A DNA stretch of 64,000 nt, taken from contig JAILLY010000066.1 in NCBI GenBank assembly GCA_024692905.1, positions 2,912-66,911 on the forward strand. The letters are read 5' to 3'. This stretch comes from Lachnospiraceae bacterium. Its GTDB lineage: Bacteria > Bacillota > Clostridia > Lachnospirales > Lachnospiraceae. The position numbers and the translations under genes were made by a program. The notes under the pieces were generated by a model that was not told the origin of the DNA, did not search any database, and was given only the letters and a program-made list of their open reading frames with translations. This document shows, piece by piece, positions 10,526 to 19,311 of this stretch. Each line of letters begins with the position of its first letter. Within the stretch, counting starts at the first letter, position 1.

Positions 10526-11074
10526 CTAATGATCATCATTCCGTAATACATTCCTGTTTTTGTATATATAGTCGATGAGTGAAAGTATCGTGAGAACGAG
10601 TGCTATCGCGACCACGGTTCCCGTTACTATCTCATAATAATCGTTTTTGATATCGGCTATGAGAAGTATGATCATAGCCATCTGGAACACCGTCTTAAAC
10701 TTCCCGAGATAGCTTGCGGCAATGACAACTCCGTTGTCGGAAGCTATAAGCCTGAACCCGCTTATGATAAATTCCCTGCTTATTATGATGATCACCATCC
10801 ATGCGGCAAGTGCCCCGGAAGCCGCAAGGCATATTAACGCCGAACATACCAGGAGTTTATCCGCAAGAGGATCCATGAATTTACCGAAGTTTGTGACCAG
10901 GTTATATTTTCTGGCTATCTTTCCGTCCAGCATATCGGTCAGGCTTGCCACGACAAAGATCGCCAGCGCGACCCATTTTCCGTATCCTTCAGGAATATCC
11001 TTAAGCATGAAGAATACAAAAAACGGTATCATCAGCACTCTTAAAACCGTCAGTTTGTTAGGAAGGTTCATCAC
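10526..11074 (-). CDS. pgsA: CDP-diacylglycerol--glycerol-3-phosphate 3-phosphatidyltransferase
   Basis: CDP-alcohol phosphotransferase motif DMLDGKIARK...G..MDPLADK in a multi-TM protein. Confidence 0.9.
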   Translation of the reverse strand: MMNLPNKLTVLRVLMIPFFVFFMLKDIPEGYGKWVALAIFVVASLTDMLDGKIARKYNLVTNFGKFMDPLADKLLVCSALICLAASGALAAWMVIIIISREFIISGFRLIASDNGVVIAASYLGKFKTVFQMAMIILLIADIKNDYYEIVTGTVVAIALVLTILSLIDYIYKNRNVLRNDDH

Positions 11075-12395
11075 ATACCTCTCCGATCAGATCGTATTTA
11101 TCGGCACCGGTTACGGTGACTGTTACAATTTCTCCGCTCATGAGTTCCCTGCCGGACGATAAAAACACCATCCCGTCCACCCCGGGTGCGTCCATATATG
11201 TACGCCCTGCATAAACATCTTCGTCAACAAGGCGTCCTTCTATAAGTACCGGAAGTTTCCTGCCTGTCATTGACTGTGCATGGCCGTAAGCGATCTTCTG
11301 CTGAAGCTCCATAAGATCATCAAGCCTCTGCAGTTTGATATCCTCAACGATCTGCCCGGGCATCTGCGCGGCTTTAGTCCCTTCCTCACGGGAATAAGCA
11401 AATACTCCGAGCCTCTCAAATCCCGTCTCATCCACAAAATCCATAAGAAGTCTGTGATCTTCTTCACTTTCACCCGGAAAACCCGTTATAAGCGTTGTAC
11501 GGATGGCTATATCCGGGATCCTTGCCCTCAGCAGCGAGATGGTCTCCTTTATACCCTCAGCGTTTGTCCTGCGCCCCATCCTCTTTAGGATATCATCCGA
11601 AATATGCTGTATGGGCATATCGATATAATGGCATATCTTCGGTTCGCTGCTCATGACATCAACAAGTTCGTCGGTTATCTCCTCGGGATAACAGTAAAGA
11701 AGCCTTATCCACTCTATACCGTCTGTTAAACACAGCTTCTTAAGAAGATCGGGCAGCATCCTGCGGCCGTATATATCAATACCGTACAAAGTAGTTTCCT
11801 GAGCGACAAGTATAAGCTCTTTTACGCCTTCCGATGCAAGAAACGCCGCTTCTTCGATTAGTCTTTCCATGGGAACGGACCTGTAGCGGCCCCTGATCGC
11901 CGGGATGATACAGTATGTGCAGCGTTTGTCGCAGCCTTCTGCGATCTTAAGATATGAATAGTATCCGCCCGTGGTCATTATCCTGCGTCCTGACGGCACC
12001 GGACGGTCAATGTCAGACAATTCCCTGACATATTCCCCGTTAAGTACCCTGTCTGTAACCTCCGCGATACTGTCGTATGAGGCGGTCCCGACCACGGCAT
12101 CCACTTCCGGGATCTCGCTTTTTATCTCATCGGCATAACGCTGCGCAAGACATCCCGTCACTATGAGTGCCCTGCATCTTTCATCCGGATCGGTCCTTAA
12201 CCTGCCCATTTCGAGAATGGTATTTATACTCTCCTCCTTGGCATCGCCTATGAAGCAGCAGGAATTTACGATAATGACATCGGCTTCCGTTTCATCATCG
12301 GTAAAATCATATCCTCGGTCTCTCAGCGAACCGAGCATGTATTCCGAATCCACAAGGTTCTTGTCACAGCCGAGCGAAACAAACAGTACGTTCAT
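11058..12395 (-). CDS. rimO: Ribosomal protein S12 methylthiotransferase
   Basis: MiaB-like architecture with UPF0004 N-domain Cys residues, radical SAM CDKRCTYC, and a TRAM C-terminus. Confidence 0.88.
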   Translation of the reverse strand: MNVLFVSLGCDKNLVDSEYMLGSLRDRGYDFTDDETEADVIIVNSCCFIGDAKEESINTILEMGRLRTDPDERCRALIVTGCLAQRYADEIKSEIPEVDAVVGTASYDSIAEVTDRVLNGEYVRELSDIDRPVPSGRRIMTTGGYYSYLKIAEGCDKRCTYCIIPAIRGRYRSVPMERLIEEAAFLASEGVKELILVAQETTLYGIDIYGRRMLPDLLKKLCLTDGIEWIRLLYCYPEEITDELVDVMSSEPKICHYIDMPIQHISDDILKRMGRRTNAEGIKETISLLRARIPDIAIRTTLITGFPGESEEDHRLLMDFVDETGFERLGVFAYSREEGTKAAQMPGQIVEDIKLQRLDDLMELQQKIAYGHAQSMTGRKLPVLIEGRLVDEDVYAGRTYMDAPGVDGMVFLSSGRELMSGEIVTVTVTGADKYDLIGEVCDEPS

Positions 12396-12403
12396 ATATG
12401 GTT

Positions 12404-12634
12404 CTATTCTCCGACTATCTTAACGACTCCGGAATTAAGTTCCTCTATCGCAACGGATAAAGGCTTCTTTTCGGCAGCTCCCTCAATAGGCGTGGGGGCA
12501 TTGTTGATAAGCTGCCTTGCACGCTTGCTCGTAGCCATGACTATAGAGTAACGGCTGTTAACTACGGGCTGTTCACCTTCTTCAACCTCACTGTTTACCA
12601 CCTTCATAAGATCACTGTATGACGGATGTAACAT
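12404..12634 (-). CDS. rpoZ: DNA-directed RNA polymerase subunit omega
   Basis: 76 aa with NSRYSIVMATSKRARQL motif. Conserved gmk-rpoZ pairing. Confidence 0.88.
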   Translation of the reverse strand: MLHPSYSDLMKVVNSEVEEGEQPVVNSRYSIVMATSKRARQLINNAPTPIEGAAEKKPLSVAIEELNSGVVKIVGE

Positions 12635-12645
12635 ATCTCTTCCTC

Positions 12646-13272
12646 CTAGACATTCAAAAAATCATTAAATTCCGACCTGATCCTGTCGATCAGCTCTTTA
12701 TTCCGAACCGCCGCATACTTGGAGCAGCAGACGGTTTCATGGACATTTCTTACGCATTCCCCGAGGTCATCGTTTATTATAAGATAATCATATTTCTCAA
12801 TGACATCCGCTTCTCTGGCCCCCTGGTGCATGCGCTTCATGATCACTTCCTCAGACTCGGTCCCGCGCTTTTTAAGCCTGTTGTATATCTCCCGTACACT
12901 CGGCGGCATCACAAACATAAGAAGCGCATCCGGCCGCCCGGCCTTGACCTTAAGTGCACCCTGCTGTTCGATCTCAAGGATGACATCCCTGCCTTCATCA
13001 AGCATTTTGTCGACATACCCGCGGGGGCTTCCGTAATAATTATCGACATACCGGGCATACTCAAGAAATTCATCATCAGCGATCATCTCTTCGAACTTCT
13101 CCTTAGTAACGAAGAAATAATCCTTTCCATCAACTTCCCCGGGTCTCGGAGCCCTTGTAGTGGCCGATACGGATACGGAATAAGTATCATATTCCGAAAG
13201 CAGCCGCTTTACTATGGTTCCCTTTCCCGATCCGGCAAAACCCGAAATTACGAGCAAAGTACCTTTTTTCAT
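12646..13272 (-). CDS. gmk: Guanylate kinase
   Basis: P-loop GFAGSGKGT plus SATTRAPRPGEVDGKDYFF motif. Confidence 0.95.
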   Translation of the reverse strand: MKKGTLLVISGFAGSGKGTIVKRLLSEYDTYSVSVSATTRAPRPGEVDGKDYFFVTKEKFEEMIADDEFLEYARYVDNYYGSPRGYVDKMLDEGRDVILEIEQQGALKVKAGRPDALLMFVMPPSVREIYNRLKKRGTESEEVIMKRMHQGAREADVIEKYDYLIINDDLGECVRNVHETVCCSKYAAVRNKELIDRIRSEFNDFLNV

Positions 13273-13284
13273 ATTGATACCCCG

Positions 13285-14163
13285 TTACTCTATGTTCTGG
13301 ATCTGTTCCCTTACCTTCTCAATATCTGTCTTTAGATCGATCGCCACGTTTGATGTTGAAAGATCGGTTGATTTGCTCAGGATCGTATTTGCCTCACGGT
13401 TCATCTCCTGCGCGATGAAATCAAGCTTTCGTCCAACGCTTCCGCCCGCATTCAAAGTATCAACCGTTCCCTTTATATGGCTCCTTAACCTTACAAGTTC
13501 CTCATCAACACAGGAACGGTCGGCATAAAGAGTGACCTCTGTCAGAATCCTGCTCTCATCGATCGATGCATCAGAGAGCATATCCGAAACCTTATCCTTT
13601 ATCTTCTGCCTGTATTCCTCTATGATCGCCGGAGCCCTCTTCTCTATCTCCTCAACATAATTAAGCATTCCGTCAAGCTTGCCGATAAGGTCGTTCTTTA
13701 AATTTTCCCCTTCATCAAGGCGTGACTTCACGAACGCTTCACATGCCGACCGGATCACCGCTTCCATATCACTCCACAGTTCCTTTTCGTCCACTTCCAT
13801 TTCTTCAAGAGTGAACACCTCGGGGTATCTGGATAATACGGATATGCGGATATCGTTCTCGATCCCGAAGTCTTTTTCCATCTCGTTTAGGTATCTAAGA
13901 TACGCGGCCGCGATATCACGGTTGTATTTCAGGGAAAAATTATCCTCGGCGAAATCTTCATAGGTCATATAAAGATCCACCTTGCCCCTTTGCATATATT
14001 CCTTGAGAAGATTGCGGATAGATGTTTCAAAAAAACCCAGCTTCTTGGGCATCTTGATATTTACATCCAGATATCTGTGGTTGACTGACTTTATCTCAAC
14101 CGTGATCTTACGTTTCTCATCGCAGTGCTCGGCGCGGCCGAAGCCTGTCATGCTCTTGATCAT
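13285..14163 (-). CDS. YicC-family stress-induced protein
   Basis: Begins MIKSMTGFGRAE (YicC N-terminal signature) and has the DUF1732-type C-terminus (GRKLDFIAQEMNREANTI). Start trimmed to ATG 14163. Confidence 0.85.
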   Translation of the reverse strand: MIKSMTGFGRAEHCDEKRKITVEIKSVNHRYLDVNIKMPKKLGFFETSIRNLLKEYMQRGKVDLYMTYEDFAEDNFSLKYNRDIAAAYLRYLNEMEKDFGIENDIRISVLSRYPEVFTLEEMEVDEKELWSDMEAVIRSACEAFVKSRLDEGENLKNDLIGKLDGMLNYVEEIEKRAPAIIEEYRQKIKDKVSDMLSDASIDESRILTEVTLYADRSCVDEELVRLRSHIKGTVDTLNAGGSVGRKLDFIAQEMNREANTILSKSTDLSTSNVAIDLKTDIEKVREQIQNIE

Positions 14164-14272
14164 GTGATTCTCCTTAAATACGGAACAGCGCGTAATCCTC
14201 ATCCCCCGTACGGGATAAAACCTCCGCGCACCATTTATCATTATATTCTAAGGGCTTATGAGCGTCAAGTCA

Positions 14273-14302
14273 TAAAAACAGGGAAGCAATCATGCTTCCC
14301 TG
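14273..14302 (-). terminator. Rho-independent terminator after the Ala-rich repeat protein gene
   Basis: Minus strand CAGGGAAGC-atgatt-GCTTCCCTG followed by TTTTTAT. Confidence 0.75.
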
Positions 14303-14339
14303 TGATATATCTCTATATTATGAAAACGAAAAACGATCT

Positions 14340-15308
14340 TTACGGTGCTCCGACTTTTGCATGTATTGAATGGAGATAAGCAAGCCCCCTTGCTGCCCCG
14401 CTTGCTGCCTGAGCCTTTATATACTGCTGACCTGCTACCGTCGCCACATTGATGCCGTTAAGATATGTAAGTCCTTTTGCTCCTGCCGCTGCCGCCTGTG
14501 CATCCCTTGCTGTCCATGCGGCTACCGTTGCTGCGTTGATACCGTTGAGATATGTAAGACCCTTTGCTCCTGCCGCTGCTGCCTGGGCATCTCTTGCCGT
14601 CCATGAAGCTACTGTCTTTTCATTTATGGAATTGAGATAAGCAAGACCCTTTGCTATATCAGCTTCTGCTGCCGGAACAAGTGCGGGATTTACTTTCTGG
14701 AGATAAGCAAGACCCTTAACGGCTCCGTCAACTGCCTTCGCATCCCTGAATGATGCCGAAGCGGCCGTTGCTGCATTTATCGACTGGAGATATGCGGCAC
14801 CCTTATTGAGTCCGTCGATCGCCTGTGCATCCCTTGCCGCTGCTGCCTTTGCCGTTGCTTCATTTATTGACTGGAGATATGCAGCGCCCTTGTTGAGTCC
14901 GTCGATCGCCTGTGCATCCCTTGCTGCAGCTGCCTTGGCTGTTGCTTCATTTATTGACTGGAGATATGCAGCGCCCTTTGCAAGTCCGTCCGCAGCCTGT
15001 GCATCCCTTGCTGCCGCCGCTGCCGCGGTTGATGCAAATATTGAATCAAGGTAAGCTTCGCCTTTGGCAAGATCGGCCTGAGCTGCCGCATCCTGTGCGA
15101 TCGCTGCCGCTACAGTCTTCTGCTGTATTGACTGAAGATATGCAAGTCCTTTTTCATAACCTGCCATGCCTTCCGAAATAGCATCCGCCTTGGCGGGAAC
15201 TATAAATACAAAACCGGCGAGTGCGAATGTTGCAACGCCTGTCATAACCTTGGTCAATGTCCTGAACATCTCATGTCTCATCATAATGTCTGTTTTCCTT
15301 TCTTTCAT
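14340..15308 (-). CDS. Membrane-anchored or secreted Ala-rich tandem-repeat protein (unknown function)
   Basis: N-terminal hydrophobic anchor (VMTGVATFALAGFVFIVPAKA) followed by about 10 copies of a roughly 29-aa unit (ARDAQA.DGL.KGAAYLQSINEATAKAAA). Confidence 0.6.
   Translation of the reverse strand: MKERKTDIMMRHEMFRTLTKVMTGVATFALAGFVFIVPAKADAISEGMAGYEKGLAYLQSIQQKTVAAAIAQDAAAQADLAKGEAYLDSIFASTAAAAAARDAQAADGLAKGAAYLQSINEATAKAAAARDAQAIDGLNKGAAYLQSINEATAKAAAARDAQAIDGLNKGAAYLQSINAATAASASFRDAKAVDGAVKGLAYLQKVNPALVPAAEADIAKGLAYLNSINEKTVASWTARDAQAAAAGAKGLTYLNGINAATVAAWTARDAQAAAAGAKGLTYLNGINVATVAGQQYIKAQAASGAARGLAYLHSIHAKVGAP
14352..15176 (-). repeat. Coding tandem repeats of about 87 bp (about 10 units, two pairs nearly identical)
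   Basis: Near-identical DNA blocks, for example 14810-14896 vs 14897-14983 and 14440-14520 vs 14527-14607. Confidence 0.8.
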
Positions 15309-15376
15309 AAGCTTTTTGTGATATAAAAGATCGTTTTCCGTAATTTTAAATGCAAGATTTTAAAATCACAAGAGTA

Positions 15377-15405
15377 ATTATAACTCTTCCGACGTATTAT
15401 GTAAA
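15377..15405 (-). promoter_or_regulatory. Candidate promoter for the repeat-protein gene
   Basis: Minus strand TTTACA (15405-15400), 17 nt spacer, TATAAT (15382-15377). Confidence 0.5.
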
Positions 15406-15712
15406 GCAAAAATGTCAGAAAACGTGATTTTTCTGTTTGATGTCACTTTGATGTGTTATTTTACCGCGCAGGATCGCGTTTTAAAAACCTGACCGGAGGA
15501 ATCCCGGCGCCTCCAAAAGGAGCGGGCCGTCATTGTTTCAGGCGGCCTTTATCCCCCCCTGTTTCCGTATATTCGGATGGATGTTTTTAAGGGTGTCCTT
15601 CTTATAAAAAACGCAAAATTCAAAACCCGAACCGTCCCAGTATTCATGCAGTATTGCGGGGATTTTCCCAACGCATTTTCCAGCCGTTTTATTTTCTTCG
15701 GATCACGGTTTT

Positions 15713-15761
15713 AAAAAAACTCTCCGGATGAAAAACCGATCAGGGTCCTTCTTCCGGAGAG
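15713..15761 (-). terminator. Terminator after ribH
   Basis: Minus strand CTCTCCGGA ... TCCGGAGAG (9-bp stem, large loop) followed by TTTTTTT. It lies 34 nt after the ribH stop. Confidence 0.6.
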
Positions 15762-15794
15762 TCCTCGTTAATACTAAAATCCGTATATACGGCC

Positions 15795-16268
15795 TTATAT
15801 TTGTTCCATCAGATTTACCATTTCTATGGCAGCGAGAGCACAGTCATAACCCTTATTTCCGCCCTTGCTTCCCGCGCGGGCTATAGCCTGTTCGATATTT
15901 TCGGTGGTGATCACGCCGAACAGGACAGGTATACCGCTCTTTAATCCAACCTGGGCAACACCCTTTGAAACCTCATTGCATACATAATCGTAATGCGTGG
16001 TATCACCCCTGATCACCGCACCGACACAGATAACAGCATCATATTTCCCGGATGAGGCCATCTTGTCAGCGACAACCGGGATCTCAAAAGCTCCGGGCAC
16101 CCATGCCGCGGTGATGTTCTCTTCTTCAACCCCGTGACGTACAAGACCGTCGACCGCTCCCCCGAGAAGTTTGTTTACTATGATCTCATTGAAACGCGAA
16201 GCGACGATCCCGACCTTCATGCCTTCCTTCGCTACAACCTTTCCTTCAACCAAATTGATCTTATTCAT
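15795..16268 (-). CDS. ribH: 6,7-dimethyl-8-ribityllumazine synthase
   Basis: 157 aa, typical RibH ([12 protein letters not shown]..., WVPGAFEIP). Confidence 0.95.
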   Translation of the reverse strand: MNKINLVEGKVVAKEGMKVGIVASRFNEIIVNKLLGGAVDGLVRHGVEEENITAAWVPGAFEIPVVADKMASSGKYDAVICVGAVIRGDTTHYDYVCNEVSKGVAQVGLKSGIPVLFGVITTENIEQAIARAGSKGGNKGYDCALAAIEMVNLMEQI

Positions 16269-16301
16269 TGTAAACCTCCTGATCTAAGTTATTATATTAT
16301 A

Positions 16302-17513
16302 TCACAATTTTATATCATTAAATATATGTCCCATTTTATCCTTTTTTGTCTTCATATAAAATGCATCATATTTCTGCGGTTCTATCTCTATCGGGACCCT
16401 TTCCTTTATCTCGAGCCCGAATCCTTCAAGACTGTATATCTTATCGGGATTATTGGTAAGGAGCCTCATTGACTTTACTCCGAGATCTGCTAGGATCTGT
16501 GCTCCAACCCAATATTCCCGCAGGTCCGGTGCAAATCCAAGTTTGATGTTCGCCTCTACTGTATCATACCCCTCCTCCTGGAGTTCGTAAGCTTTGAGTT
16601 TATTTATAAGACCGATACCTCTGCCCTCCTGCCTCATATACAGGATGATACCTCTGCCCTCGGCCTCTACCTGACGCATGGCCTGCTCAAGCTGTTTACC
16701 GCAGTCACAGCGTTTGGATCCGAATACATCTCCGGTAAGGCACTCGGAGTGCACGCGGCAAAGAACGTTCTCTCCGTCTCCGATCTCTCCCTTGATAAGA
16801 GCCACGTGATGTTCACCCGTGATATCATTCACATATCCGGCGATTCTGAACATCCCTATCTCAGTCGGCAGATCGGCCCATGCCTCCCTTACAACATGTT
16901 TTGCGTGAACATGAAGGTAACTCTGAAGATCCTTTATCGTAATGAACTTGATATCATGAGCCTTGGCCAGTTCCCTAAGCTTCGGTGTCCTCATCATTGT
17001 ACCGTCATCATCCATGATCTCACAGCATACACCGACCTCCTTAAGACCGGCAAGCCTCATAAGGTCCACGGTCGCTTCGGTATGACCGTTCCTGACCAGA
17101 ACGCCGCCCTTTCTTGCCGTAAGGGGGAATACATGACCGGGATGCCTGAAATCTCCCGGGACCGAAGAGTCATCACAGCACTTCTGTATTGTAAATGACC
17201 TCTCAACAGCAGATATTCCGGTAGTGGTGGTTATATGATCCACGGAAACAGTAAATGCCGTCGAATGATTATCGGTGTTTTCGGATACCATCTGTGGGAA
17301 TCCCAGCCGTTTGGCAACTTTATCGCTGATCGGGGTACAGATAAGCCCCTTTCCGACGGTCGCCATGAAATTTATGTTTTCAGCCGTTGCAAATTCCCCG
17401 GCGCATATAAAGTCACCCTCATTCTCCCTGTCGGGATCATCCGTTACAAGAATGATCCTTCCTGCGCGGAGCTCCTCTATCGCTTCTTCTATAGTATTGC
17501 ATTCATAGTCCAT
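16302..17513 (-). CDS. ribBA: Bifunctional 3,4-dihydroxy-2-butanone-4-phosphate synthase / GTP cyclohydrolase II
   Basis: 403 aa with DRENEGDFI (DHBPS) and [19 protein letters not shown] (GCHII) motifs. Confidence 0.95.
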   Translation of the reverse strand: MDYECNTIEEAIEELRAGRIILVTDDPDRENEGDFICAGEFATAENINFMATVGKGLICTPISDKVAKRLGFPQMVSENTDNHSTAFTVSVDHITTTTGISAVERSFTIQKCCDDSSVPGDFRHPGHVFPLTARKGGVLVRNGHTEATVDLMRLAGLKEVGVCCEIMDDDGTMMRTPKLRELAKAHDIKFITIKDLQSYLHVHAKHVVREAWADLPTEIGMFRIAGYVNDITGEHHVALIKGEIGDGENVLCRVHSECLTGDVFGSKRCDCGKQLEQAMRQVEAEGRGIILYMRQEGRGIGLINKLKAYELQEEGYDTVEANIKLGFAPDLREYWVGAQILADLGVKSMRLLTNNPDKIYSLEGFGLEIKERVPIEIEPQKYDAFYMKTKKDKMGHIFNDIKL

Positions 17514-17530
17514 AGACGATCACAGCCCTT

Positions 17531-18181
17531 TCAGTGAAAAAAGTCCTTAAGCATCTCCATTGTAACACCTCCGGATGAAGAATTCACGCTCTGTCTTATT
17601 CCGGTGAGCTTCGCCACATACTTTCCTATTATATCTGTTTCCAGGTTGACGGGATCTCCCGCGCGCTTATCAAGCAAGGTGGTCTCACCGGCTGTATGAG
17701 GTATTATGGATACCGAAAAATATGCATCCGTCACTGCAGCCACCGTAAGGCTGATCCCGTCGATCGCTATCGAACCTTTTTCCACGACAAGGCCGAGTAT
17801 GGGCGCATCCGCAAAAATGCTTACCCAAACGGCATTTCCGTCCCTTTTTGTATCTCGTATCGTACCTGTGCCGTCAATATGTCCCGAAACAATATGTCCT
17901 CCGAAACGCCCGTCTGCTGCCATTGCCCGTTCGAGATTGACCCGGTTGCCCCTTTTCAGGACCGATAGTGATGATCGTCTGAATGTCTCGGGCATGACAT
18001 CGGCGGTAAATCCGGCACTGTCGATACCGGTCACAGTCAGGCAGACCCCGTTAACTGCGATACTGTCCCCGGTTTTCGTACCCTCCAATACCCTGCGGGC
18101 CGCGATAGTGATACTGCCGCTGCTGCCTTGTATGTTCAATTCTCTGACTGTTCCAAGTTCCTCTATTATACCGGTAAACAT
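17531..18181 (-). CDS. ribE: Riboflavin synthase alpha subunit
   Basis: MFTGIIEELG start and duplicated lumazine-binding barrels (GDSIAVNGVCLTV / GSIAIDGISLTV). Confidence 0.95.
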   Translation of the reverse strand: MFTGIIEELGTVRELNIQGSSGSITIAARRVLEGTKTGDSIAVNGVCLTVTGIDSAGFTADVMPETFRRSSLSVLKRGNRVNLERAMAADGRFGGHIVSGHIDGTGTIRDTKRDGNAVWVSIFADAPILGLVVEKGSIAIDGISLTVAAVTDAYFSVSIIPHTAGETTLLDKRAGDPVNLETDIIGKYVAKLTGIRQSVNSSSGGVTMEMLKDFFH

Positions 18182-18200
18182 ATCCTCATCCTGTCTCTGG

Positions 18201-19295
18201 TCACTTTTTTACATAGCTTAAATGCACATCCGCCCCATGGCATGTAACCTTTTCAAGCTCAAATCCGGGGGCACCTTTTATATCGGCGATCCCTTTTCCG
18301 CCCACCGGCGTCGGTGCCGTACTGCCGCCGAACATCCTCGGCGCAACGAAAACCTCCGCCCTGTCGATCAGATCGTCTCTTAAAAGGCTGTCGTTAAGCG
18401 TGCCTCCGCCCTCTACAATAACGCTGTCTGTCCCAAGTTCACCCAGTCTTTTGAGCAATGCCTTCATATCTATATGTCCGTCCTTTGAGGGCATCTTCTC
18501 AAGGCTGACCCCCATCGCTTCAAGACGGGAGGCATTTGATCCTTCGTCCGAACAATATGCGACTACCGTCTTATACTCCGATGCGGTCTTAACTATATTT
18601 GAATCCGGACTTATCCGGAGATTCGAGTCACATATAACACGCAGTGGACTCCTTAATCCGTCTACCCTTGTATTCAGCATCGGATCGTCCGCGATCACGG
18701 TCCCGATCCCGGCCATTATCGCCATATATCTGTGCCGCATGTATTGGACTTCGTTCCTCGATGCTTCGGAAGTGATCCACTTTGACTGCCCGCTCACCGT
18801 TGCGATCTTCCCGTCCATTGTCATAGCATATTTGAGCACCACATACGGCATACGGGTGGTTATATACTTAAAGAACACGGGATTCAGGGAATCGCATTCA
18901 TCTTTAAGATAATCCTCCGTAACCTCAATACCGGCTTCACGGAGCAGCCCCGCTCCCTTTCCGGCAACAAGGGGGTTGGGATCGCGCGAACCGATCACTA
19001 CCCTTCCTATGCGGTTTTCTATAATGGCTTCCGTGCACGGAGGAGTCTTGCCGTGATGGCAGCATGGTTCGAGAGTCACATAAAGATCGGCTCCTTCCGC
19101 CTTTTCTGTCAGCGACGCAAACGCATTCCTCTCGGCATGCAAAGCCCCGAACCGTTCATGATATCCCTCACCTATGATCCGTCCGCCCTTTACGATCACA
19201 GCCCCGACCATGGGATTTGGGTTTACATAACCTTCTCCTTTTTTTGCGAGCTCAATGGCTCTTTTCATATATTTGGGATCTAGCTTATCAGTCAC
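18201..19295 (-). CDS. ribD: Bifunctional riboflavin-biosynthesis deaminase/reductase
   Basis: CMP/dCMP deaminase zinc motif (HAE...PCCHHGKTPPC) plus RibD_C reductase domain. GTG start at 19295. Confidence 0.93.
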   Translation of the reverse strand: MTDKLDPKYMKRAIELAKKGEGYVNPNPMVGAVIVKGGRIIGEGYHERFGALHAERNAFASLTEKAEGADLYVTLEPCCHHGKTPPCTEAIIENRIGRVVIGSRDPNPLVAGKGAGLLREAGIEVTEDYLKDECDSLNPVFFKYITTRMPYVVLKYAMTMDGKIATVSGQSKWITSEASRNEVQYMRHRYMAIMAGIGTVIADDPMLNTRVDGLRSPLRVICDSNLRISPDSNIVKTASEYKTVVAYCSDEGSNASRLEAMGVSLEKMPSKDGHIDMKALLKRLGELGTDSVIVEGGGTLNDSLLRDDLIDRAEVFVAPRMFGGSTAPTPVGGKGIADIKGAPGFELEKVTCHGADVHLSYVKK

Positions 19296-19311
19296 TTACC
19301 CTGTTCCTTTG

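Noticed and set aside
15470-15600. Possible orphan FMN (RFN) riboswitch on the plus strand (GAATCCCGGCG, ATTCGGATGG fragments)
   Set aside because: The similarity is only short and scattered. The core elements GGGTGAAATTCCC and GCCGACAGT are missing and there is no downstream plus-strand gene.
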